From positions 1 to 46,226 of the forward strand of contig JAYUKK010000144.1 in assembly GCA_043764515.1 (NCBI GenBank): 46,226 bases of DNA. Reading direction: 5' to 3'. The first letter of the stretch is position 1, and the number at the start of each line of letters is the position of its first letter. Under the pieces are notes generated by a model. The model ran no database searches. It was not told the DNA's origin and saw only the letters and a program-made list of their open reading frames with translations. The stretch comes from Microbacterium sp. Lineage in GTDB: Bacteria > Actinomycetota > Actinomycetes > Actinomycetales > Microbacteriaceae. Below are positions 10,001-18,174 of the stretch, piece by piece. The position numbers and the translations under genes are program-made.

Positions 10001-10971
10001 GAGAGCGACACCTTCTCGTCGGGAACAATGCGCCGTTGCACCCAGGTCGTGAGCAGAACGATCACGAGCAAGATGACGGCGAGGGCGGATGCGAGGCCGA
10101 TGCCGCGGAAGACAAAGGCCGTCTGCACGGTCTGAATGACGAAGGTCGAGGTGCCATTGGCGCCGCCGGTCATGATGTACGGAATCTCAAAGACCGAGAG
10201 GCTGCCGGCAATCGCGAGGATGAACGAGAGCCCGATGATGCGCTTGATGCCGGGGGCGATGATGTACCGGAACTGCTGCCAACTGTTTGCGCCATCGAGC
10301 TCGGCCGCTTCGTAGAGCTCGTGCGGGATCGACTGGATCGCTCCGAGAAAGAGGACGAAGTTGAGGCCCATGTAGCGCCAGATGGAGGTCGCCGCGAGCG
10401 AGATGTTGGCCACATCGGGGTCGCCCAACCAGAAGGGCGTTTCGCTCACTCCGAACACGCCCAGAAGGCTGTCGAGCGTGCCCCCGGGCTGGAACAGGTA
10501 AAGGAATACAAAGCCGATGGCGACCCCGTTGAGGAGGTAAGGGAAGAACAGCACACCCTTGAAGAAGTTGCGGAAGCGAGTGCGGAAACTCAGCACGGTG
10601 GCGAAGTAGAGCGCCAGGGCCAGCTGCACGAAGGAGGCAGCGAAGTAGTAGAGGCTCACCGCGAAGACCTGCCAATAGCGCGGGTCAGTGAAGGCCTTGA
10701 TGTAGTTGTTGAGCCCGATGAACTCTTTGACGGGGTCGAGCCCGTCCCACGAGGTGAAGCTGTACCAAATCATGTTGCCGACCGGCACGTAGGTGAACGT
10801 AATGAGCAGCACGAGCGGTGCCGCGAGGTAGAGCCAAGGCTGCACCCACCCGCCCCGCCTGCGTCGGGTTCGCAGAGCGGCGGGGCGGGGGGATACGGCG
10901 GTCGAACTGTCTCCCGCGCCGTGCGCGTCGGGGGTGTCAGCAGGTGAGCTGGGGGAGGTGGTGCTTGTCAC
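9997..10971 (-). CDS. carbohydrate ABC transporter permease (MalF-like)
   Basis: SFTSWDG..FIGLNNY, EAA loop IPHELYEAAELDGAN. GTG 10971 chosen from its spacing to the GAGAGGA RBS. Confidence 0.92.
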   Translation of the reverse strand: MTSTTSPSSPADTPDAHGAGDSSTAVSPRPAALRTRRRRGGWVQPWLYLAAPLVLLITFTYVPVGNMIWYSFTSWDGLDPVKEFIGLNNYIKAFTDPRYWQVFAVSLYYFAASFVQLALALYFATVLSFRTRFRNFFKGVLFFPYLLNGVAIGFVFLYLFQPGGTLDSLLGVFGVSETPFWLGDPDVANISLAATSIWRYMGLNFVLFLGAIQSIPHELYEAAELDGANSWQQFRYIIAPGIKRIIGLSFILAIAGSLSVFEIPYIMTGGANGTSTFVIQTVQTAFVFRGIGLASALAVILLVIVLLTTWVQRRIVPDEKVSLS

Positions 10972-11036
10972 AGTGGACAATCCTCTCGGGTAACACCCCC
11001 GACGCGACGTCGCGCCGGAGACGGTGGAGCTGGTTG

Positions 11037-12326
11037 TTAGCCGACCTGCGCGCGGGCGTCGGCCCAGCGCTGGTTCAGCTGCTCGAAGAACGATGCCTTG
11101 TCACCATCCGCGGCACCGCGGGCGATGTCAACCAACTGTTGACGGTAGATCGGGCCAAAGAGGTCGATTTCTGCCGTGTTGGCGATGTCGTTCTCGAGGC
11201 TCTCGCTGCCGGCGGGGGCCGGGGCCAGCTCGATGTACTCGACGCCCGCGGCGTCGAAGTCACCCAGCGTGTCGGGGCTCGGGCCGTCCACGAGCGGCGA
11301 GAGGCCACCCTGCGACAGCGCGTAGCCCGACTCAGCGGCGAACCACTCGATCCACGCGCGTGCCGTGGCCTTGTTCTCGGAGTTCGCGTTGATCGCGTTC
11401 TTGTAGTCGCCACCGATCGTCGAGTAGAACGTGCCGTCGACCTGGTACGGGAACGGCATGTAGCCGATGTCGTCAGCCGAGCCGCCAGCCGCGACCGCAG
11501 CATCCCGCATCTGCGTGATGGCCCAAGAGCCGAGCACCATGGTGGCTACCTGGCCCGAACCGATGAGAGTCTTCGACTCTTCCCAGTTGGTGGTGAGCGG
11601 GTCTTCTTCGCTCAGGCCTGCAGCCACGATGTCGTAGAGAAGACCATCGGTGACCTCGTAGTACTCGCCCGAGGACCACGGGCTGTCGGACTGCGTAAGG
11701 TCGATCGACTCGTTGACGTTGCCCGTGATGCCACGGTTGCCCGACCACTGCGTGAGCGGCCATCCGTCGGCGTAGTTCGTGTAGTACGGAATCGCGTCGG
11801 TGTTGTCGGCGATTGCCTGCAGCGCGTCAAGGAACTCGTCGGGGGTCGTCGGCAGGTCGGTAACGCCAGCGGCCTCCCACACGGTCTTGTTGTAGACGAT
11901 GCCCTGCGCGTTGCCCGTGATCGCGACGCCGTACCCGTTGCCGTCGAACGACTTCTCTTCGACGAAGCGGTAGGTCTCGCTGAGCTCGTCAATCGTGCCG
12001 AGCGGCTCAAAGAAGAGCGGGAACTGGTCGGGCGTGACCGAGTTGGGGATGAGGAGCACGTCTCCGTAGTCCTCGGTGTTGAGGCGGATCGACACCTCGC
12101 CCTCGTAGTCGGTGATCGCCTCGAAGTTCACCGTGGTGCCCGGGTACGCGGCCTCAAACTCGGCCTTGTAGTCCTGGAACACGGTGTCGACGAGGTCAGT
12201 GCGGTTGGTCAGAACCGTGATCTCGCCGGTGATTTCTCCGTCGGTGCCCGAGTCGGCAGGTGCCGACGAGCAGCCTGCAAGGGCGACGGCGACTAGCGCC
12301 AGCCCTGCGATGTGCTTCATTGCCAT
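11037..12326 (-). CDS. sugar ABC transporter substrate-binding lipoprotein
   Basis: Lipobox ALAGC, IVYNK..WEAAG, P.T.DEF, MVLGSW, acidic composition. RBS GGGAGA. Confidence 0.92.
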   Translation of the reverse strand: MAMKHIAGLALVAVALAGCSSAPADSGTDGEITGEITVLTNRTDLVDTVFQDYKAEFEAAYPGTTVNFEAITDYEGEVSIRLNTEDYGDVLLIPNSVTPDQFPLFFEPLGTIDELSETYRFVEEKSFDGNGYGVAITGNAQGIVYNKTVWEAAGVTDLPTTPDEFLDALQAIADNTDAIPYYTNYADGWPLTQWSGNRGITGNVNESIDLTQSDSPWSSGEYYEVTDGLLYDIVAAGLSEEDPLTTNWEESKTLIGSGQVATMVLGSWAITQMRDAAVAAGGSADDIGYMPFPYQVDGTFYSTIGGDYKNAINANSENKATARAWIEWFAAESGYALSQGGLSPLVDGPSPDTLGDFDAAGVEYIELAPAPAGSESLENDIANTAEIDLFGPIYRQQLVDIARGAADGDKASFFEQLNQRWADARAQVG

Positions 12327-12420
12327 CTTGTGATTCTCCCTTGGTGTCGTCGTTGACTGACGCGAGTTCGGTGGGCGCACATGCCGTGGTCGACCTCGTG
12401 AAAAGTGACGCTACCGGGAA

Positions 12421-12435
12421 TGACAACGTAAGTCA
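12421..12435. promoter_or_regulatory. LacI operator-like site upstream of the sugar ABC operon
   Basis: TGACAACGTAAGTCA, an imperfect palindrome sharing TGACAACGT with the 4650 site, in an AT-rich promoter region. Confidence 0.65.
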
Positions 12436-12559
12436 ATTATGAATTGGCAACGATTTCCTGCCCAACTGGTGGCATGATTCTGCGTTCAGCGCTCTGTTCA
12501 GTCTCACTGTGTCTTTCGATGTCACGAAACACGCCGACGGCGCGGAGACCGCGCTCGCG

Positions 12560-12889
12560 CTATTCGTAGACCTTCACGACGAACCAGCGCGCCGGGTCAC
12601 CGTCGTCGCGCACGTCGAGTACGCAGCTGCGGCCGTCGTCGGCGGTGGCCTGAAAACGCCAGCCCGTGCAGGTGCGCGGGGCCACGGCGAGGGCCTGAGC
12701 ATCCACATCGAGGCGTCGCCACCACGAGACAGGCTCGGTAATCACCGTGGGCTTATCGGTTACGCGCCAGCGGGTTCCGGCCCAGACGAGCCTCGTGGGG
12801 CGACCATCGGGGTCGGCCCACACGATCGCCACGGCATCGGGCTGCGGGGTGGTTTCAGGGTCGGGAATGCTGTGAGCACGAGCCGGCAC
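12560..12889 (-). CDS. small DUF6504/ImuB-C-terminal-like protein, DNA-damage regulated
   Basis: C-terminal part of track ORF 12560..13408: GRPTRLVWAGTRWRV...SWW...WRFQA...VLDV...WFVVKVYE. GTG after GAAGG. Alternative GTG at 12949. Confidence 0.65.
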   Translation of the reverse strand: MPARAHSIPDPETTPQPDAVAIVWADPDGRPTRLVWAGTRWRVTDKPTVITEPVSWWRRLDVDAQALAVAPRTCTGWRFQATADDGRSCVLDVRDDGDPARWFVVKVYE

Positions 12890-12949
12890 GGCTGTCTCGC
12901 CTTCGTGGTTGCGCGCGCTCCGGCCCGGCGCAGTTCTGATGGGAATCAC

Positions 12950-12965
12950 TCGAACATACGTTCGA
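12950..12965. promoter_or_regulatory. LexA SOS box
   Basis: TCGAACATACGTTCGA is an exact match to the actinobacterial consensus TCGAAC-N4-GTTCGA. Confidence 0.88.
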
Positions 12966-12974
12966 GCGCCGACA
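12953..12974 (-). promoter_or_regulatory. PafBC-type (RecA-NDp) DNA-damage promoter
   Basis: Minus strand TGTCGG-cgctcgaacg-TATGTT = TGTCGG-N10-TA-N3-T. Confidence 0.7.
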
Positions 12975-13021
12975 CTACGCGGCCCGCGCGCGACACGCCA
13001 AGCGCGGGCTAGCCTGATGTC

Positions 13022-13456
13022 ATGCCACTGACCGGAGAGTATGCACCGAGCACGTCTGGCTGGGCCCGCGAGCAAGCCGAACTGTATGAACGCACCAACG
13101 GTGTTGAGGGTAACGATCTGCGCGGGCGCCGGATCATCGTGCTCACGACGCTCGGGGCGAAGACCGGGATGCTTCGCAAGACGGCCCTGATGCGCGTCGA
13201 GCACGACGGAGACTACGTCGTGGTGGCCTCGAAAGGTGGCGCCCCCGAGAACCCGGTGTGGCACCACAACCTCAGCGCCCACCCGTTGTGCGAGCTGCAG
13301 GACATGGCGGAGAAGCACGACTACCGGGCGCGTGTCCTTGAGGGCGAGGATCGCCACATGTGGTGGGCGCGGGCATGCGAGAGCTGGCCCGACTACTCGA
13401 ACTACCAACTCAAGACCGAGCGGCTGATTCCGCTCTGGGTTCTCGAGCGGGTCTAG
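13022..13456 (+). CDS. deazaflavin (F420)-dependent nitroreductase family protein (Ddn-like)
   Basis: LTTLGAKTG.LRKTALM, YVVVASKGGAPENPVWHHNL.AHP, Y..YQ.KTER.IP. Confidence 0.92.
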   Translation: MPLTGEYAPSTSGWAREQAELYERTNGVEGNDLRGRRIIVLTTLGAKTGMLRKTALMRVEHDGDYVVVASKGGAPENPVWHHNLSAHPLCELQDMAEKHDYRARVLEGEDRHMWWARACESWPDYSNYQLKTERLIPLWVLERV

Positions 13457-13465
13457 CCAGCCCCG

Positions 13466-13927
13466 CTAGCTCGAGCGGCGCTGTAGCAAGTCTTCTGCCG
13501 CGACCCACGCGAGCATCGCGCACTTGACGCGCGCGACATACTTTGAGACTCCGCTGAGGGCAGCCGCGTCGCCGAAGCGCTCTTCGTCGAGCGGCGTGGC
13601 CCCGCGCGAGCGCAGGGCCTCGCGAAACTCGTCGATGAGCGCCGTCAACTCTGCGGGCGTCCAGGCTGAACCCTCGTCGACCGACTCTTCCGCGAGAGTC
13701 GCCAACAGTGACGCACTCGCCTGAGAGATCGAGCAGCCGGCACCCTCCCAGGCGACCGCGTCGATGTGCGCGCCATCGGCATCCCACCGCAGGGCGAGGG
13801 TGATCTCGTCGCCACACACGGGGTTGCGCTGGTGGCTCGTCTCCTCCCCCGCGTCGAGGCCCACGCCGTGCGGGTGCTTCGAGTGGTCGATGATGATCTG
13901 CTGATACAGCTGCTCGAGGCCGCTCAC
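13466..13927 (-). CDS. sufU: SUF system sulfur-transfer protein SufU
   Basis: LEQLYQQIIIDH, NPVCGDEI, GCSISQASAS, ARVKCAML. Overlaps the sufS stop. Confidence 0.93.
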   Translation of the reverse strand: MSGLEQLYQQIIIDHSKHPHGVGLDAGEETSHQRNPVCGDEITLALRWDADGAHIDAVAWEGAGCSISQASASLLATLAEESVDEGSAWTPAELTALIDEFREALRSRGATPLDEERFGDAAALSGVSKYVARVKCAMLAWVAAEDLLQRRSS

Positions 13928-15291
13928 GACGTCGCTCCTTCACTGAGCCCAAAGAATGGGCGGATGCTCGCCACGGCCGCGAGCGCCCGATCAACCTCGT
14001 CGGCCGTCGAGTGCACGCCGAGGCTGAGCCGAAGGCTCGCCGTGACGCCGAAGCGGCGGTGCAGAGGTTGGGCGCAGTGGTGACCGACGCGCGCGGCGAT
14101 GCCGACCTCATCGAGCACCTGCCCAGCGTCGTGCGCGTGCACCTCGTCGACCACAATGCTCGCGAGGCCGACGCGGGGGGCCGGGCTCGGCGCCCCGAGT
14201 AGTCGAATGTTCGGGATGCGCGCGAGCCCCGTGAGCAGTCGCTCGGTCAGCGCGTGCTCGCTTGCCGCGATGCGGTCGAGCCCGAGCTCGCTGACGAACC
14301 GTACTGCTTCGGCGAGCCCGATGGCCTGCGCGATGCGCGGTGTTCCGGGCTCGAATCGCTGCGGCGAGGGCAAGTACTCAGCGCGTTCCATCGTGACGGT
14401 CGTGATCATCGAGCCGCCGTACAGAAAAGGCGGCAGAGCGTTGAGCAGCTCAGCGCGGCCGTAGAGAACACCGATACCCGTGGGGCCATAGAGCTTGTGG
14501 CCGCTAAACACCGCGATGTCGACGTCGAGCTTGCGCGGGTGCAGCGCAAGGTGCGGCGCCGCCTGGCAGGCATCGAGCACCACGAGCGCCCCGACCGCCC
14601 GCGCGAGCGGTACGAGCACCTCGAGCGGCAGCGTGGCACCCGTCACGTTCGACACGTGCGCCACGGCGAGCACGCGCGTGCGCTCGCCGATGATGTGCGC
14701 GGCGGCCTCGAGGTCGAGCGATCCGTCGTCAAGCACCGGGATGAAGCGCAGGGTCGCGCCCGTGCGCGCCGCAAGTTCTTGCCACGGGATCAAGTTGGCG
14801 TGGTGCTCCAGCTCGGTGACGACGATCTCGTCGCCCGCGTGTAATCCGTATGCCGCGGCCGCCGAGCTCGCACCAGCGCCGCGGCCGATGCTCGCGGTGC
14901 CCAGGGCGTAGGCGACGAGGTTGAGGGCTTCGGTCGCGTGGCTCGTGAAGACGACCTCGTTCTCGTCGACGGCGAGGAAGGCGGCGACGGTGCGGCGAGC
15001 ATCCTCATACAGCTCGGTCGCTTCGCCGGCGAGCGTGTGGGCTCCGCGATGCACAGCCGCGTTCGACTCACGGTAGAACGCGCTCTCGGCCTCGATCACC
15101 CGCAGCGGCTTTTGCGCCGTCGCGGCCGAGTCAAGGTAAGCAAGCGGATGCCCGTTGACCTCGCGCGCGAGAATCGGAAACTGCGAGCGGATGCTCGCGA
15201 GCTCGTCGCTCGTAAACACCGCGATCGACGCCGACGCCGGAGAGTGCCCGTCGGGGGCGGGCACGGCCGGAGTCGCGGCGAAAGAAGTCAC
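13924..15291 (-). CDS. sufS: SufS family cysteine desulfurase
   Basis: YLDSAATAQKP, VHRGAH, EHHANLIPWQ, FSGHK (PLP Lys), RVGHHCAQP. GTG after GGAGG. Confidence 0.93.
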   Translation of the reverse strand: MTSFAATPAVPAPDGHSPASASIAVFTSDELASIRSQFPILAREVNGHPLAYLDSAATAQKPLRVIEAESAFYRESNAAVHRGAHTLAGEATELYEDARRTVAAFLAVDENEVVFTSHATEALNLVAYALGTASIGRGAGASSAAAAYGLHAGDEIVVTELEHHANLIPWQELAARTGATLRFIPVLDDGSLDLEAAAHIIGERTRVLAVAHVSNVTGATLPLEVLVPLARAVGALVVLDACQAAPHLALHPRKLDVDIAVFSGHKLYGPTGIGVLYGRAELLNALPPFLYGGSMITTVTMERAEYLPSPQRFEPGTPRIAQAIGLAEAVRFVSELGLDRIAASEHALTERLLTGLARIPNIRLLGAPSPAPRVGLASIVVDEVHAHDAGQVLDEVGIAARVGHHCAQPLHRRFGVTASLRLSLGVHSTADEVDRALAAVASIRPFFGLSEGATS

Positions 15292-15372
15292 CCCTCCAGG
15301 GTATTCGCTGCGCATCGCCGCGCGCTGTGCGCGGGCCGATGTTCGCTGCGCGCGCACGATGACGTCGCGCGA

Positions 15373-16356
15373 CTAGCCGCCGAGCTCGACCCGGAACACC
15401 GGAATGAGCACGATCGTGACGTTTTCCGTCGCGACGCCGCGATCGGCGAGCGCCGCCTCAAGCGTCGCGGTGTCGGGGACGGGTAACGGGCCCTCGACCG
15501 TCACCGTGAGTTCGAGGCCCGTGTAGTCGATGCCCTCGAGGCTCCACCCCGTGTCGACGAGCCACGCGTCCACCTCGCTCTGCACCGCGGACTCGATGAT
15601 CGACTTGGCGCCGATCTGGAAACTCGTGACCGAGAGCGGGAGGCCGATGATGATCAGCATGGCCGCGAGCAAGATTGCCGGCTTACGCAGGCTGGCACGG
15701 TGCGTGCCCGCGGCGACGCCCACGGCCGAAAGCTTGTTGACGCCATAGAACGACATGACCACGATGCCCGTGGCGATGATCGCGACAACGTTGGTGACGA
15801 ACAGCAGCAGAGCACCGAAGGCCTCGTCAAGCGCACCCGCTTCGAGCGTTAGCCCCACGACCGTGAGCGGCGGCACAAGCGAAATCGCGATGGCCACGCC
15901 GGGCAACGTGTCAGAGATGTCTCGGCGCACGAGAGCCACCGAGCCGACCACGCCGGTGCCGAGTGCTGCGAGCAAGTCGATGAGGCGTGGGCTCACGCGA
16001 CCAGCCACTTGCGAGTTGGTCGCCGCCACGACGTCACCTGCCACCAGCAGACCGATCACAAAGCCGATGGCGATCGCGACCCCCGCGCCCGCGACAACGA
16101 GCAAGAGCGAGCGCACGAGGTTCGAGCGATCACCGAGCACGGTCGCGAGCATCGTGCCCTGAATCGGCCCGAGCAAAGGGGCCACGATCATGGCGCCGAT
16201 GACGGCGGCCGTCGAGTCGGCCACGACGCCAGCCGAAGCGATGATCGAGGACAGCACCAACAGCATCCAGAACCGCGAATAGCGGGCGCGAGCCTCGGGG
16301 CCATCGAAGAAGACAGATTCCCGCATTTGCACGGGCGTAGAGAAGCGCGACTCCAT
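15373..16356 (-). CDS. DUF389 domain membrane protein
   Basis: S.A.VIGAMIVAPLLGPI and LPGVAIAISLVPPL motifs, about 7 TM helices. Confidence 0.88.
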   Translation of the reverse strand: MESRFSTPVQMRESVFFDGPEARARYSRFWMLLVLSSIIASAGVVADSTAAVIGAMIVAPLLGPIQGTMLATVLGDRSNLVRSLLLVVAGAGVAIAIGFVIGLLVAGDVVAATNSQVAGRVSPRLIDLLAALGTGVVGSVALVRRDISDTLPGVAIAISLVPPLTVVGLTLEAGALDEAFGALLLFVTNVVAIIATGIVVMSFYGVNKLSAVGVAAGTHRASLRKPAILLAAMLIIIGLPLSVTSFQIGAKSIIESAVQSEVDAWLVDTGWSLEGIDYTGLELTVTVEGPLPVPDTATLEAALADRGVATENVTIVLIPVFRVELGG

Positions 16357-16407
16357 GGGCAGAATCTAGCCCCTGCGAGGCGTGCCGCCCATCCCTATAG
16401 TGAGTGC

Positions 16408-16707
16408 ATGATCCGCCACATCGTGATGTTCCGCCTCGGCGCCACCGACGAACTGCAGCGTCGCGACGACGCCCACGGCATCGCCGAGCGGCTGCAGGCT
16501 CTTGAGACGCAGATTCCGGGCATCCAGAGCATTCGCGTTGACCGCGATCTCGGCCTCGTCAAGGGGCATTGGGATGTCGTGCTCGTGTCGGAGCACGACG
16601 ACAACGCCGCACTCGAGGCCTACCAAGTGCACCCCGCGCACAAAGAGGTCGCCGCTTGGATCGGCACGGTCGTGAGCGACCGCGCCGTCGTCGACTACTC
16701 GGTATAG
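16408..16707 (+). CDS. Dabb family (stress-responsive A/B barrel) protein
   Basis: MIRHIVMFRL...IPGI...L.AYQVHPAH...VVDY. ATG 6 nt after TATAGT. Confidence 0.9.
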   Translation: MIRHIVMFRLGATDELQRRDDAHGIAERLQALETQIPGIQSIRVDRDLGLVKGHWDVVLVSEHDDNAALEAYQVHPAHKEVAAWIGTVVSDRAVVDYSV

Positions 16708-16715
16708 CGACACCG

Positions 16716-17282
16716 GTGGACACTGCCGCAGAGGGTGTCGACGCGTCGCAGAGTCGGCGATTGCCCCGGTGGATGACCGATCGCGCCGGAGACGATCTGC
16801 CGACCGAGCGATTGCGCGTGCGCCTCTCGGCCTACGTCTACGGCAACATTCTCGTTCTCGCTGCCATCGTCATCGCGACGGGCAAATCGATCGTTGGCGG
16901 TGACGCGGCGCTGCTCGTCGCGGTGACCGCAGTGACCACCTATGTCGCTCACATTTTGGCGCATAACGTCGGGCAACAGCTGGGGCGTGAACGCCACGCG
17001 CACTACCCCCACATGGCGCACGAGATTCGCGATGCCACACCGATTCTTGTGTCGGGAGTCGTGCCCGTCGTGATTCTGCTCGCGGCGAGCGTGTCGTTTG
17101 TTCCGACGCAACTGGCCCAACTGGCTGCGGCAGTCTGGGTGGTCGGCCGGATCGCGCTCATCGGCTTTCTGGTCGAGCGGCTCAGCGGCCGGCGAGCGAC
17201 GTGGCGCACGCTCTCGAGCGGACTGCTGCTCGCCGTCGCTTGCGCGGTCGTGGTCGTGCTCAAGGTGCTGTTCGCGCACTGA
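16716..17282 (+). CDS. hypothetical integral membrane protein
   Basis: About 5 hydrophobic helices (AYVYGNILVLAA...). Start uncertain: GTG 16716 or ATG 16773. Confidence 0.75.
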   Translation: MDTAAEGVDASQSRRLPRWMTDRAGDDLPTERLRVRLSAYVYGNILVLAAIVIATGKSIVGGDAALLVAVTAVTTYVAHILAHNVGQQLGRERHAHYPHMAHEIRDATPILVSGVVPVVILLAASVSFVPTQLAQLAAAVWVVGRIALIGFLVERLSGRRATWRTLSSGLLLAVACAVVVVLKVLFAH

Positions 17283-17301
17283 CCCTTCGGGCCGGGACGG
17301 G

Positions 17302-17838
17302 TTACGCGCGCTGCGCGATGGGTGCGACCGTGGCACCCGGCAGGCCGGCGAGGTACTCGCCCGTGACGAGCACCTTGGCGCCGCGGAGTCCTGCGCCGAC
17401 GATGAGCGAGCCACTCGCAGCGACGGCCTCGTCGACGAGAATCGGCCAGTCACTCGGCAGGCCCAGAGGGGTCACGCCGCCGTACTCCATGCCGGTCGCC
17501 TCGATCACGGCGTCGAGGGGCGCGAAGGATGCTCGGCGTGCGTCGAGCATCCGCCGCACCGCCCCGTTCACATCGATGCGATCGCTGCCCAAGATCATGC
17601 ACGCGACAAGTGTGCGCGTTTCGCCGCGCCGTGCCTCGACGACGACGCAGTTCGCGCCCTGCGACGGGTCGACCTCGTAGTGCGCGCAGAACGCCGCCGT
17701 GTCGGCGAGCTCGGCATCGATCGCGCCGACGAGCACGCGGTCGTCGGGGTGCTCGGCGAGAAACGCGCGCACGGGCTCGGCGAGTAGTTCGGGGTGATCA
17801 GCGGCGGGCGCAAGGGCGAGCGTGCCAAACGTCGTCAT
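17302..17838 (-). CDS. YbaK/EbsC family aminoacyl-tRNA editing protein
   Basis: ADTAAFC..Y, ANCVVV, ASFAP, TGMEYGGVTPLGLP..WPILVD, GAGLR.AK. Confidence 0.88.
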   Translation of the reverse strand: MTTFGTLALAPAADHPELLAEPVRAFLAEHPDDRVLVGAIDAELADTAAFCAHYEVDPSQGANCVVVEARRGETRTLVACMILGSDRIDVNGAVRRMLDARRASFAPLDAVIEATGMEYGGVTPLGLPSDWPILVDEAVAASGSLIVGAGLRGAKVLVTGEYLAGLPGATVAPIAQRA

Positions 17839-17877
17839 GCGAACAGTCTTGCCGATTCAGCGTGTGCCCGCGGCGCT

Positions 17878-17907
17878 ACAAATGCGCGCCGCAGGAGCGG
17901 CGGCGCA
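17878..17907 (-). terminator. probable intrinsic terminator after the 62-aa gene
   Basis: Minus strand TGCGC(C)GCCGC-TCCT-GCGGC-GCGCA followed by TTTGT. Confidence 0.45.
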
Positions 17908-17915
17908 CTAAAGGT

Positions 17916-18104
17916 TCAGACGCCGAGGGCGGTCAGGCCGCCGTAGACGGCATAGGCCGGCCACACGATCGCCTGCAGCAATCCGACGATGACATCCCAG
18001 AAGCCGCCGTCGCTCTTGCCGATGAAGTAGATCGCCGCGCCGATGTAGGCGAGCAGCCCGAAGAATCCGAGCGGAGCTGCCTGCTGCATGCCTTTGCCTG
18101 CCAT
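17916..18104 (-). CDS. small membrane protein (62 aa)
   Basis: Strong RBS AGGAGGAA, -10 TACCCT, two hydrophobic segments, G.FW..I.G.LQAIVWPA motif. Confidence 0.8.
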   Translation of the reverse strand: MAGKGMQQAAPLGFFGLLAYIGAAIYFIGKSDGGFWDVIVGLLQAIVWPAYAVYGGLTALGV

Positions 18105-18158
18105 GTGTTCCTCCTGTGGTGTCGTGCCCAGGGTAGGGGCTGGAGGTCGACGCGTGCG

Positions 18159-18174
18159 CGGGGGTTAACCCCCG
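18159..18174. repeat. perfect 16-bp palindrome CGGGGGTTAACCCCCG
   Basis: Overlaps the uvrA-family stop codon. A near-identical copy lies at 39727-39742. Confidence 0.6.

Noticed and set aside
6681-10028. 1115-aa ORF suggesting a GH2 with a long N-terminal extension
   Set aside because: The first 284 codons are an off-frame reading of the permease gene. The real start is GTG 9176.
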